IMG/VR virus record: IMGVR_UViG_3300031519_000138
Span: 1-31,017 of that record
DNA length: 31,017 nt
Direction: 5' to 3' (one strand)
From: a virus
Lineage: Duplodnaviria > Caudoviricetes
Position numbers and translations under genes: made by a program. Under the pieces are notes generated by a model. The model saw only the letters and a list, made by a program, of their open reading frames with translations, searched no databases and was not told where the DNA came from. Shown one piece after another: positions 1 to 8,045 of this stretch (within the stretch, counting starts at the first letter, position 1; each line of letters starts with the position of its first letter).

Positions 1-1
1 T

Positions 2-712
2 GGTAGTAATATTTCTAGTATGGCGAATGGCTGGTCTCTGTACTTTTCGTTTGAACCTACTGGTGGCACAAAGCAGGTTTACAAATTAAACGATGTTGTT
101 GTGAATAGTGCAACTATAGACTTTGATATTGATGGAATTGCCACTATTCAATGGGCAGGTTTCGCACGAACTATTACTGATGAGGAATCTACTGTACCAG
201 CGGTTACTGAAGATGAATTAGTCGTAACAAATACGGATAACTTTATTCGTAATCGTATCTCTACTATGGACCTTGTTCGTTCAGACGTTAGCCCAACGGT
301 CCCTTATAACGTAGTATTAACCGGCGGTAGTATTGCTATCGAAAACAATATTACTTACTTAACTCCAGAAGAGCTAGGTCGAGTAAATCAGCCTATTGCC
401 AATATTACGGGTACACGGTCTATTAGCGGTAATGTAACTTGCTACTTAGATACAGCAGCAACAAAGTCTGGTTCATTATTCACAGATCTTGTTGGTGATG
501 TTACAACTGTACGTAACTCGTTTGATATGGCAATCAATATTGGGGGTATCGCTGCTCCGTCATTGACATTCGACTTGCCTACTGCCCACTTAGAGGTTCC
601 AGTAGTCAATGTTGAAGATTTGCTTACTTTAGATGTAGCGTTCCATGGACAAGTAGCTAGCGGAAACGTTGACAATACTAATGAAGCGACTATCATCTAT
701 AAAGGCGCGTAA
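2..712 (+). CDS. Major tail (tube) protein, T5 pb6-like; 5'-truncated by the window edge
   Basis: The frame is open from position 2 (GSNISS before the ATG at 20), so the true start is upstream. Motifs IDFDIDGIATIQW, LTGGSIAIENNITYLTPEELGRVNQPI and AHLEVPVVNVEDLL match the T5 pb6 tube domain as I recall it (ITGGTFTINNNITYLTP..., AHVNIPTIETDDVL). It lies just upstream of the chaperone and tape measure genes and ends at IYKGA without the pb6 C-terminal Ig domain. Confidence 0.9.
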   Translation, partial: GSNISSMANGWSLYFSFEPTGGTKQVYKLNDVVVNSATIDFDIDGIATIQWAGFARTITDEESTVPAVTEDELVVTNTDNFIRNRISTMDLVRSDVSPTVPYNVVLTGGSIAIENNITYLTPEELGRVNQPIANITGTRSISGNVTCYLDTAATKSGSLFTDLVGDVTTVRNSFDMAINIGGIAAPSLTFDLPTAHLEVPVVNVEDLLTLDVAFHGQVASGNVDNTNEATIIYKGA

Positions 713-713
713 T

Positions 714-757
714 ACAAAAAAATAAATCTTGACTTTTCGATCTTAGTTGGTTATAAT
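714..757 (+). promoter_or_regulatory. Strong sigma70-type promoter with A-rich UP element
   Basis: -35 TTGACT at 729-734, 17-bp spacer, -10 TATAAT at 752-757, and A-tract CAAAAAAATAAATC upstream. The same architecture recurs at 30331-30372. Confidence 0.85.
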
Positions 758-769
758 TTTAAAATCTTG

Positions 770-794
770 GGGGAGTTATGCTCCCCTTTATTTT
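770..794 (+). terminator. Rho-independent terminator-like hairpin
   Basis: Stem GGGGAG (770-775) pairs with CTCCCC (781-786), loop TTATG, followed by TTTATTTT (787-794). It lies ~60 nt after the major tail gene stop. Confidence 0.75.
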
Positions 795-821
795 AAGTAA
801 CCATAAAAGGAACTAATATAA

Positions 822-1295
822 ATGAGTCAAATTTCTCTTAAAACATTAATGAAACCCAGCATGACCGTTTCCCTTGAATTTCCGGGAATGCAAGGATGGG
901 AATTGGATATCTGTTATCTAGCCCGCGAAGAATTACTTACTCTTCGAAAGAAATGCCTATCAAAAAAATTCAATCGTTCAACACATCAAGCAGAAGAGAC
1001 CCTAGACGAAGACAAGTTCCTTGTAGAATATGTAGCTGCAGTAATTAAAGGATGGAAAGGTTTAAAGTTATCTTATTTAGAAGAGCTTCTATTAGTAGAT
1101 ACTGGCGACCTAGACCCTGATTCTGAACTACCGTTCTCCCAAGAAGAGGCAGAGATTCTCATGAAGAACTCTACCATCTTTGATACTTGGATTACCGATA
1201 CTTTGGCGGACCTCGAAAATTTTACCAAGAACAAGTCGAAGAATGTCTCCGGCTTGTCAAAATTAGCGTCGAGTTCGAAAGAGACCTCAGCCTAG
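822..1295 (+). CDS. Tail assembly chaperone (gpG-equivalent)
   Basis: 157 aa, SD AAGGA at 807-811, located between the tube and tape measure genes. Motifs VIKGWKGL and DLENF are typical of these chaperones, and the slippery site lies in the ENF codons. Confidence 0.85.
   Translation: MSQISLKTLMKPSMTVSLEFPGMQGWELDICYLAREELLTLRKKCLSKKFNRSTHQAEETLDEDKFLVEYVAAVIKGWKGLKLSYLEELLLVDTGDLDPDSELPFSQEEAEILMKNSTIFDTWITDTLADLENFTKNKSKNVSGLSKLASSSKETSA
1217..1223 (+). other. Programmed -1 ribosomal frameshift heptamer A AAT TTT
   Basis: X XXY YYZ pattern in the correct phase of the 822 frame (gaA AAT TTT acc). A -1 slip continues as TAC CAA GAA (YQE...) in the 1187..1648 frame. Confidence 0.8.
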
Positions 1296-1648
1296 ACAAC
1301 TACCTAACTATGTGCGAGCAGCTGGGAATGGATCCAGATCCCAAGAGGATGCCTCCTTCTACCGCTGACTTGCCCGAAGAAGTTCAACATGCTTTTATGG
1401 TATTTAACTACATGTCCGACAGATGGGATGGCATGTCTGGAAGCTACTTAGGTAAAGATTGGTCAAGCGTAGAGTTCTTTCTAAACCTGTGGAGCATAGA
1501 AGACAAAAAATTAGTAGTATTTTTTCTTTCTAATATTGAGTCCGTTTATTCAAAAAAATTAAATGATAAACAGGAACAGAGACGGAAGGCAGAAGAGAGA
1601 AAGTCTAAAGCGGGCGGAAAGACTTACGCCCATAACGTGCAGGGATAA
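1223..1648 (+). CDS. Tail assembly chaperone extension (gpT-equivalent), probably made as a 275-aa frameshift fusion with 822..1223
   Basis: The ORF is in the -1 frame relative to the upstream chaperone. Its nominal start at 1187 is a TTG with no clear SD. Motifs YLTMCEQLG.DPDP and DRWDGMSGSYLGKDW are present. The stop overlaps the tape measure start (TAATG). An independent internal ATG start cannot be excluded. Confidence 0.75.
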   Translation, partial: YQEQVEECLRLVKISVEFERDLSLDNYLTMCEQLGMDPDPKRMPPSTADLPEEVQHAFMVFNYMSDRWDGMSGSYLGKDWSSVEFFLNLWSIEDKKLVVFFLSNIESVYSKKLNDKQEQRRKAEERKSKAGGKTYAHNVQG

Positions 1649-4600
1649 TGGCTAATAAAGAAGTTAAAGTAAGTATTGTTATTGATGATAACGGCAGTAT
1701 GCGTCTTACAGAAGAAAGCGCAAAAAAGTTAGGTGTTGGACTCGATAAAGTAGGTAAAGGCGCTCGCACTACAGATAGAAATCTAAAGGGTGCAGCCAAA
1801 ACATCTAGTAATACTACTAAGAATTTTTCAAAAATGGCACAAGGCATCACTGGAGGTCTTGTTCCTGCGTACGCGACTTTAGCAGCCAATGTATTTGCTA
1901 TTTCCGCAGCCTTTAACTTCTTTAAGAAAGCAGCCGACATCAGACTGCTTGAAGAATCCCAAGTATCTTTCGCTGCCAATACGGGGCAGGCGCTATCAAG
2001 AGTAACCGATGGGTTAAGAGAAGCGTCACAAGGCATGCTAGACTTTCAAAAAGCCTCCGAAGCAGCCGCTATCGGTATCGCCAAGGGCTTCAGTCCCTCA
2101 CAATTAAACCAGTTGGCGGAAGGAGCACAAAAAGCTTCTAACGCTCTGGGCAGAAACTTTGAAGATTCCTTCGACCGCCTCATTCGAGGTGTGTCAAAAG
2201 CAGAACCTGAACTCTTAGATGAATTAGGTATTACACTACGCTTAGCTAAAGCAACGCAAACATATGCTGACTCTATCAATAAGAATGTAAAAGCCTTGAC
2301 AGCAGCAGAAAGAAGCCAAGCAGTACTCGTAGAAACTCAACGCCAGTTAAATGACTTGTTCGGTGACGCAGAAGCTAACGCTAACCCTTTTGTGAAGCTA
2401 GGTGTAGTTTTCAACGATCTTGTCAAAGATATAACTCAATCACTATTGCCCGCATTCGAGGGTATAGCTAACCTCATAAGTAGAAGCCCAAAAGCAGCCA
2501 TTATCATCTTTGGCGCCTTGGGTCTTTCTATTGCTAAAGCTGCCTTACCCTTAGAAGCTATGGGTGAGAGCTTCACTGCGTGGCAACAAAAACATAGATC
2601 AGCACTAGACGAAGCTAAGGGTAACATTCAAAAGTATGAGATGGCTTTGAATGACGCTGCGGCTGCCCAAAAGAAACTTACAGATCAAGCCAACGCTTCA
2701 CTTCAGAAAAGAGCGGCTCAGTTTAAAGCCCCTGAAGATGGCAAGGGTCGAGGCAAGATCTTAGCACAGCTTAAAGACGGTAAAGCTTTGGATGCTGCTC
2801 AAAAGGGAGCATTGACAAGGGCTCTAAAGGGTGCTGAAGCTCAGTACGCAAAGCATAATGAAATAAAAACGGGTATCTTTAGAGGGGCAGATATAGCGAT
2901 TGTTCGTTCTTTTCAAGCGGCGATGGTACAAATAGATGTTAGCGCTAAGACAACTTCTTTCAAGACTCTGACTTACTTTGAGCGTATGGTTTTGCAGGCT
3001 AAATTACGTTTCGCCCAGTTAGGTGCCGTAGGCGCTACTGCTATGAAAGGTATCGCTGCTGCGGCTTCTTTCGCAGGAAAAGTAATAAACAAAGCATTCG
3101 CATTTGCAGCAATAATAGGAATACTTGTTCTCTTAATAGAAACTTTTAAGACATTAAAGGTTAATATTCTTGATATAGCCAGGTCAGTAGCCAAAGGATT
3201 TGATGCGACAATCTCCTTTCTCGCCAACGGTGTTAGACTGGCTATAAACGGAGTCATAGAATTTATTGCCTTCGTAGTTAAAGGGTATAATGAGCTTATT
3301 AAGTTAGTGACAGGGGGATTTGCCCCTTTCGATAACCTTATAGAAGGAATTAGAGACCTAAAGAATTTAAAACCTATAGTAATTACAGTAGCTGCTGATG
3401 GGCTTGAAGGAAGTGACCTAGAGAGTTACTTAACTGCAGTTCAAGCAGCCGCTCGTGCTGAACAGAAAAGAACAGATGCTCTTGAGAGTTTAAAAAGAGA
3501 AACCGAAAGCTATGTTACAGCGATTGGAGAAGTAAATAAAGTTTTAGAGACTGGTACGGCCCTCCAAAAAGCGAACGCGCTAATAACAGTTAATGCTAGT
3601 GGTGTTATACGAGAAGCTATTAAAGCTCAAGAGGCTGGTGTAAAAGACCTGTCCAAGCAATACGAGGATCTACAACCACAACTTCTAAAACTGGGTAAGA
3701 TCTACCCTGCATTGATAACAGCTATTAATGATTTTGACCCTAGAACAGGCGACTGGGAAGAATTCCTTAAGACTGTTGAAAGTTACGAAAATAGAGCGGG
3801 TTCCGCAGTAGCAAATAATCAGGCTTTCAACGACACTCTTGAACAAACGGCGTTATCTCTTAGTAAAATCACTGGAGCCAAAGACGCTGTAAACCTAAGT
3901 ATACAAATCGGTCTATTACAAAAAGCACAAGCTGATGCTGAGTTAGGTATGGTAGGTATCAATGGAGAGCTTGTAGACTTCAAGACAAAGCTTGCTAATG
4001 CTTTCGCTCCGGGAACAGACTTAAATGCACTAAAAGCAACTATAGATCAAATAGATACTGCCATGAAAGCCAATATTGCTAGCACTAATAAGTTAGCTAT
4101 AGCTAGGACTAAAGAGTCGAGATTAGTAAGCATAGCTTCTAAAAGGTATAAAGAAGCAAACGCAATAACAGCAGCAACCCTTAAGCTAGATAAACTAAGT
4201 TTAGACCTACAATTGGCAAGGGAATTATCAACTACCGCATTAACAAAGGCTCAAGAGAGAGCGAATAACGATGCTATACTTGGTCTTCAGCAGCAAGTAG
4301 ATCTGCAAAAAGCTGTGGTAGAAGAGACCAAACTAGCCGCTGATGAATTCAAAGCTTTCGGATTAATATTAGGGGATGTTCTCGTTAATCAATTGAGTTC
4401 TGTTATTCAAGCTGTACTTCAGGGAACCAAAAGCTTTAAAGAAGGGTTGAAAGATTTTACTGTAGGTATACTGAAGACAGTCGCTGACTATTTTACTAAG
4501 ATAGCGGCTTTTCAGTTATTGAAGAAGATTCTCCCTAAAAGCTTACAGGTAAAATTAGGATTTGACATAGCTGGGCAAACCAAAGAGGCAGCGGCATTAG

Positions 4601-6288
4601 TAGGCAAAGCGGTTCTGGATGCAACTAATAAAGCAGCTACAACTGTTGGCGCTGCAGTGGCCGACCCAGTTTCTGATGCTACAAAAGCCCTTAATCTAGC
4701 CACTACTGCTCTACAGAAAGCGGTTCAAAATGGCGCTATAGAGTTAGGCAAAGGTATTACAGCAGCTTTGAATCAGGGTGCTATGACTCTTAGCAAGGCT
4801 ATGCTAGAAGCTTGTAGAGCTTGTGAGCCAGGAAAAGGAACCGCTGCTGTAGCTGCGCCTGCTGCCACGCTTCCTGTTGCACCCGTCGCAGCACCCAACG
4901 CCGTTGTGTCAGCAGCATCTAACGCAGACTTCTCATATGAAAACTCTATAACTAAAGACATAGTTGATTCTAGTGTAATCCTGACTCAAGTAAAAGATTC
5001 AACAATTGCAGCAGGCACAGCGATTGGGGAATCCGCAGCAGCGATTGTATTGACTGCAGAAAAAGTACCCCAAGCAGTTGATAATGCTATTACTACAATT
5101 ACGGACGGCTGGAATTCACTTTGGTCTGGCGTTAAAGATAGCCTTAACAAACAAGCTGCTATTCAAGTTGAAAACCAGGTCATGGCTTTAGGTGGTAAAA
5201 ACCAAATGGATCGTGCTCGTGATGAAGCACTTCGACAAGGTATGAGCGATAATACGGCAGCCTCCGGCGCTAATATGGAAGTTCCTGTGAAAAAAGAAAC
5301 AATCTTTCCTAATCTTGATGAAATTTTCGGAAGGCCAGGAATTTTAGAGGAGACTGCAAAAGAACAGAAAGTAGCATTAGTAGAAAGTGCACTTGAACAA
5401 AAGACAATTATAGAGGAAGGTGTAGCGGCAATAGTAGAAGTAATCGCTACAATACCTGCAGCTTTAAATCCACAGACTTCTCTTGACACGATGTCACCAG
5501 ACTCTAATAACTTATTAGCGAATGGTGGTACTCCGGACTCTTTAGGTTTTATGGGCGCGGCTAATATTGGAGATCCTTTAAGTACTCCAGCTAATCAAGC
5601 TTTGCCTGGTCTTGGTGGAGGGCCCATGGAGGGAATCGACGCAACCGGCGACGGCGAAGAAGAAAAGAGTAAAGGATTACTTGACGCTTTCAAAAATTTA
5701 GACACGGCAACTTTAGCAAGTACTGCTGCAGTTACAGGCTTGTTAGCGGGAGTACTAGGAAACACAAAAGCAGGACAGTTTTTAGCACAAGTAACACAAA
5801 CTTTACAACTGGCTACAGTTTTGCAAACTCTTTGGGATAAATTCTTTGGCGTTAAGCAAACTGTCGAAACGGGCCTTAATACCGCAGCGCTCGGTTTAAA
5901 TACCGCCGCGCTTGTTGCTAGTAGCGTAGTACCCCTGCGCACAGGGGGAGTAGTATCTGCCGGAGCAAAGGTTTCCGGCTACGCCGCGGGAGGGATCGCT
6001 GGTGGCTCTACTTCTGGCTATCCCGCTATGCTACATGGAACTGAAGCTGTAGTTCCTCTTCCTAATGGGAGATCTATACCTGTAGATATGGGTAAAGGCG
6101 CAGGCCAAACTAATAATAATGTTAACGTATCAGTAAGTGTAGCTAATGATGGCTCCACTAATGCAAGCGCAGATTCTGATAGTAAACAAGGTGCCGATCT
6201 CGGTAAGAGAATATCTGTAGCTATTCAAGCAGAACTGCAGAGCCAAAAGAGACCAGGAGGGATTCTTAGCCCATTCGGGGCAGGGTAA
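1648..6288 (+). CDS. Tail tape measure protein
   Basis: 1546 aa, Ala/Leu/Lys-rich and helical-looking, directly after the G/T chaperones. N-terminal motifs FSKMAQGITGGLVPAYATLAANVFA and AEPELLDELGI, hydrophobic segments (AFAFAAIIGILVLLIETF), and a lambda-gpH-like C-terminus (YAAGG...LHGTEAVVPL...GRSIPV...QKRPGGIL). Confidence 0.95.
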   Translation: MANKEVKVSIVIDDNGSMRLTEESAKKLGVGLDKVGKGARTTDRNLKGAAKTSSNTTKNFSKMAQGITGGLVPAYATLAANVFAISAAFNFFKKAADIRLLEESQVSFAANTGQALSRVTDGLREASQGMLDFQKASEAAAIGIAKGFSPSQLNQLAEGAQKASNALGRNFEDSFDRLIRGVSKAEPELLDELGITLRLAKATQTYADSINKNVKALTAAERSQAVLVETQRQLNDLFGDAEANANPFVKLGVVFNDLVKDITQSLLPAFEGIANLISRSPKAAIIIFGALGLSIAKAALPLEAMGESFTAWQQKHRSALDEAKGNIQKYEMALNDAAAAQKKLTDQANASLQKRAAQFKAPEDGKGRGKILAQLKDGKALDAAQKGALTRALKGAEAQYAKHNEIKTGIFRGADIAIVRSFQAAMVQIDVSAKTTSFKTLTYFERMVLQAKLRFAQLGAVGATAMKGIAAAASFAGKVINKAFAFAAIIGILVLLIETFKTLKVNILDIARSVAKGFDATISFLANGVRLAINGVIEFIAFVVKGYNELIKLVTGGFAPFDNLIEGIRDLKNLKPIVITVAADGLEGSDLESYLTAVQAAARAEQKRTDALESLKRETESYVTAIGEVNKVLETGTALQKANALITVNASGVIREAIKAQEAGVKDLSKQYEDLQPQLLKLGKIYPALITAINDFDPRTGDWEEFLKTVESYENRAGSAVANNQAFNDTLEQTALSLSKITGAKDAVNLSIQIGLLQKAQADAELGMVGINGELVDFKTKLANAFAPGTDLNALKATIDQIDTAMKANIASTNKLAIARTKESRLVSIASKRYKEANAITAATLKLDKLSLDLQLARELSTTALTKAQERANNDAILGLQQQVDLQKAVVEETKLAADEFKAFGLILGDVLVNQLSSVIQAVLQGTKSFKEGLKDFTVGILKTVADYFTKIAAFQLLKKILPKSLQVKLGFDIAGQTKEAAALVGKAVLDATNKAATTVGAAVADPVSDATKALNLATTALQKAVQNGAIELGKGITAALNQGAMTLSKAMLEACRACEPGKGTAAVAAPAATLPVAPVAAPNAVVSAASNADFSYENSITKDIVDSSVILTQVKDSTIAAGTAIGESAAAIVLTAEKVPQAVDNAITTITDGWNSLWSGVKDSLNKQAAIQVENQVMALGGKNQMDRARDEALRQGMSDNTAASGANMEVPVKKETIFPNLDEIFGRPGILEETAKEQKVALVESALEQKTIIEEGVAAIVEVIATIPAALNPQTSLDTMSPDSNNLLANGGTPDSLGFMGAANIGDPLSTPANQALPGLGGGPMEGIDATGDGEEEKSKGLLDAFKNLDTATLASTAAVTGLLAGVLGNTKAGQFLAQVTQTLQLATVLQTLWDKFFGVKQTVETGLNTAALGLNTAALVASSVVPLRTGGVVSAGAKVSGYAAGGIAGGSTSGYPAMLHGTEAVVPLPNGRSIPVDMGKGAGQTNNNVNVSVSVANDGSTNASADSDSKQGADLGKRISVAIQAELQSQKRPGGILSPFGAG

Positions 6289-8042
6289 TGCCTTTAGGAT
6301 TCTTAGACCTATTAAGCAATCGTATAGTACCTGACAGGAATTTTAAAAAGTCTGTAAAACCTATATATTCGGTGGTAAACTATGGCGAAGGATATGATTC
6401 AAGAGTATCCGTAGGCACCAATAGTTATCGTGAGGAGTACCAACTCTCTTTTACTAACAGATCTATAGACGAGATAGACAGAATTACAGGGTTTATAAAC
6501 GAGAGAGAAAAGTACAAGAATTTCATTTTTACAGTTCCAGACAGCAATGAACCTTCTGGAGAGAAAGATATAAGTGTATACTGTGAAGGGTACAACAGGA
6601 TATATGTTACGTACGAGACTGGTTCTGTATCCTGCAAATTTATCAGAGTTTTCGAAGTAGATAGTGCTCTCTCAGTAGTTACCATATTAAATAGCAGTAT
6701 CATTTTAGATGAAGGAGTTTCAGATGTAATCAATGTTTCTACGACACAGAGAGGGGCAGAAACATTATATTGGACGTTAGACGGGGCTACAACAGCAGAC
6801 TTTACCGCAGTAAATGGTTCTTTTTCTACAGGGGGCTCCGTAGCAACTGCTTCGGGTTCCTTTACCATAGAAACTTTAGATGATACGACAACAGAAGGTG
6901 GAGAGGTTTATACTCTTAGCGTCAGAGCAGACTCAATAGGTGGCTCAGTACTGGCGAATAAACAAGTACAGGTAATCGATACATCTAGAACTCCTCCCGC
7001 GTTTAATTGGACGAATAATAATGGGACTCCTATAACAGAAGTAACAACTCTTAAACAGTCTACTGTTGAGATTGCTGCTAAGACTACTAACTTCGATAAT
7101 AGTGAGCTTTTATATTGGAACTTTGATACGTCTTCTGGTATTTACTTTCCTAGCTTAGGATCACTAAGACTAGTGGGAACTTTCGCAGAGAGTTTGGCAA
7201 ATCTTAGTCTTACCTCCACTGCTATAACAGAGCCAAAAACGGATATTATAACATTACGAAGAAATAGTATTTCAGGGCCAGTATTAGATACTATAACTAT
7301 TTTAACTTTTCCTTTTATAGGAAGAAAGTTAGTAGACTCAAACGGTATAGAGCAACTATTTTTTAGGCTGTCCGACTTATCTAGCCCTGAGTATGTTCTT
7401 GATATGTATTGTACAGGAGTGGGAGTACCTGTAGAGCTTTTATATTGGACTATAGAAGGCGCAAGTCAAGGAGTAGACTTTGATTTTGTAGCCGGAAGTT
7501 TTACTCCTACGGGCACTTCTTCTATAAATACAGGGACTTTTCAACTAGTAGGAGTAGCCACTGAAGATGCAAAGTCTTTTACTATAAACATTAGAACAGA
7601 CAGTGTTTCTGGGCCTATAGTAGCCTCCTCTCTTATTTTTATTGCAAACAATGAGATTGGCATATTTGCAAAGAGTGATACTACTACTAATCAGTCAATA
7701 AGTCAATTTGAGTCAACCTCTCTACTAAGCGGCTCTATAAGGTGGACTCCTATAATAGCGGGGCCCTTTTCTGACGAGAATATTACAAATCAATCAATAG
7801 GGATATCCGAGGCTGCGTCATTATTATCAGGAGAGGTACAAAGACAAACTGTACTTATATTTAGTGGGGGGCTGGATACTACTACTAATCAGTCAATAAG
7901 TCAATTTGAGTCAACCTCTCTACTAAGCGGCTCTATAAGGTGGACTCCTATAATAGCGGGGCCCTTTTCTGACGATAATATTACAAATCAATCAATAGGC
8001 ATACAAGAATCGGTCTCTGTATCAATTATAACTAGGAATTAA
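6288..8042 (+). CDS. Extended distal tail protein, copy 1: gpM/Dit-like domain + three Calx-beta/Ig-like domains + C-terminal repeats
   Basis: aa 1-123 (PDRN...YGEGYDSR...GTN...LSFTNR...F.FTVP...SCKFIRVFE) have the lambda gpM pattern and align with 12520 and 18725. Three LYW-containing ~105-aa Ig-like units follow (e.g. EG...LYWTLDGATTADF...DTTTEGGE.YTL.VR), then ~33-aa repeats. Coupled to the tape measure gene by TAATG. Confidence 0.8.
   Translation: MPLGFLDLLSNRIVPDRNFKKSVKPIYSVVNYGEGYDSRVSVGTNSYREEYQLSFTNRSIDEIDRITGFINEREKYKNFIFTVPDSNEPSGEKDISVYCEGYNRIYVTYETGSVSCKFIRVFEVDSALSVVTILNSSIILDEGVSDVINVSTTQRGAETLYWTLDGATTADFTAVNGSFSTGGSVATASGSFTIETLDDTTTEGGEVYTLSVRADSIGGSVLANKQVQVIDTSRTPPAFNWTNNNGTPITEVTTLKQSTVEIAAKTTNFDNSELLYWNFDTSSGIYFPSLGSLRLVGTFAESLANLSLTSTAITEPKTDIITLRRNSISGPVLDTITILTFPFIGRKLVDSNGIEQLFFRLSDLSSPEYVLDMYCTGVGVPVELLYWTIEGASQGVDFDFVAGSFTPTGTSSINTGTFQLVGVATEDAKSFTINIRTDSVSGPIVASSLIFIANNEIGIFAKSDTTTNQSISQFESTSLLSGSIRWTPIIAGPFSDENITNQSIGISEAASLLSGEVQRQTVLIFSGGLDTTTNQSISQFESTSLLSGSIRWTPIIAGPFSDDNITNQSIGIQESVSVSIITRN
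7677..7999 (+). repeat. Intragenic direct repeat, 125 bp x2 (7677-7801 and 7875-7999), period 198 bp
   Basis: 101 identical nt, one mismatch (G7778/T7976), then 23 more identical nt. Encodes DTTTNQSISQFESTSLLSGSIRWTPIIAGPFSD(E/D)NITNQSIG twice. Confidence 0.95.
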
Positions 8043-8045
8043 TTA

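Noticed and set aside
1187-1222. TTG at 1187 as the true start of the second chaperone
   Set aside because: There is no convincing SD, and the -1 slippery site at 1217-1223 explains entry into this frame.
7677-7999. Near-identical repeat pair at a gene 3' end as a diversity-generating retroelement VR/TR
   Set aside because: Both copies are in-frame within one gene, the single mismatch is G/T rather than adenine-specific, and no reverse transcriptase is in the window.
8028-8042. Conserved C-terminal ITR(N/T) in both extended Dits as a protein motif
   Set aside because: The codons ACT AGG A supply the AGGA Shine-Dalgarno for the next gene in both modules, so the conservation may be at the RNA level.
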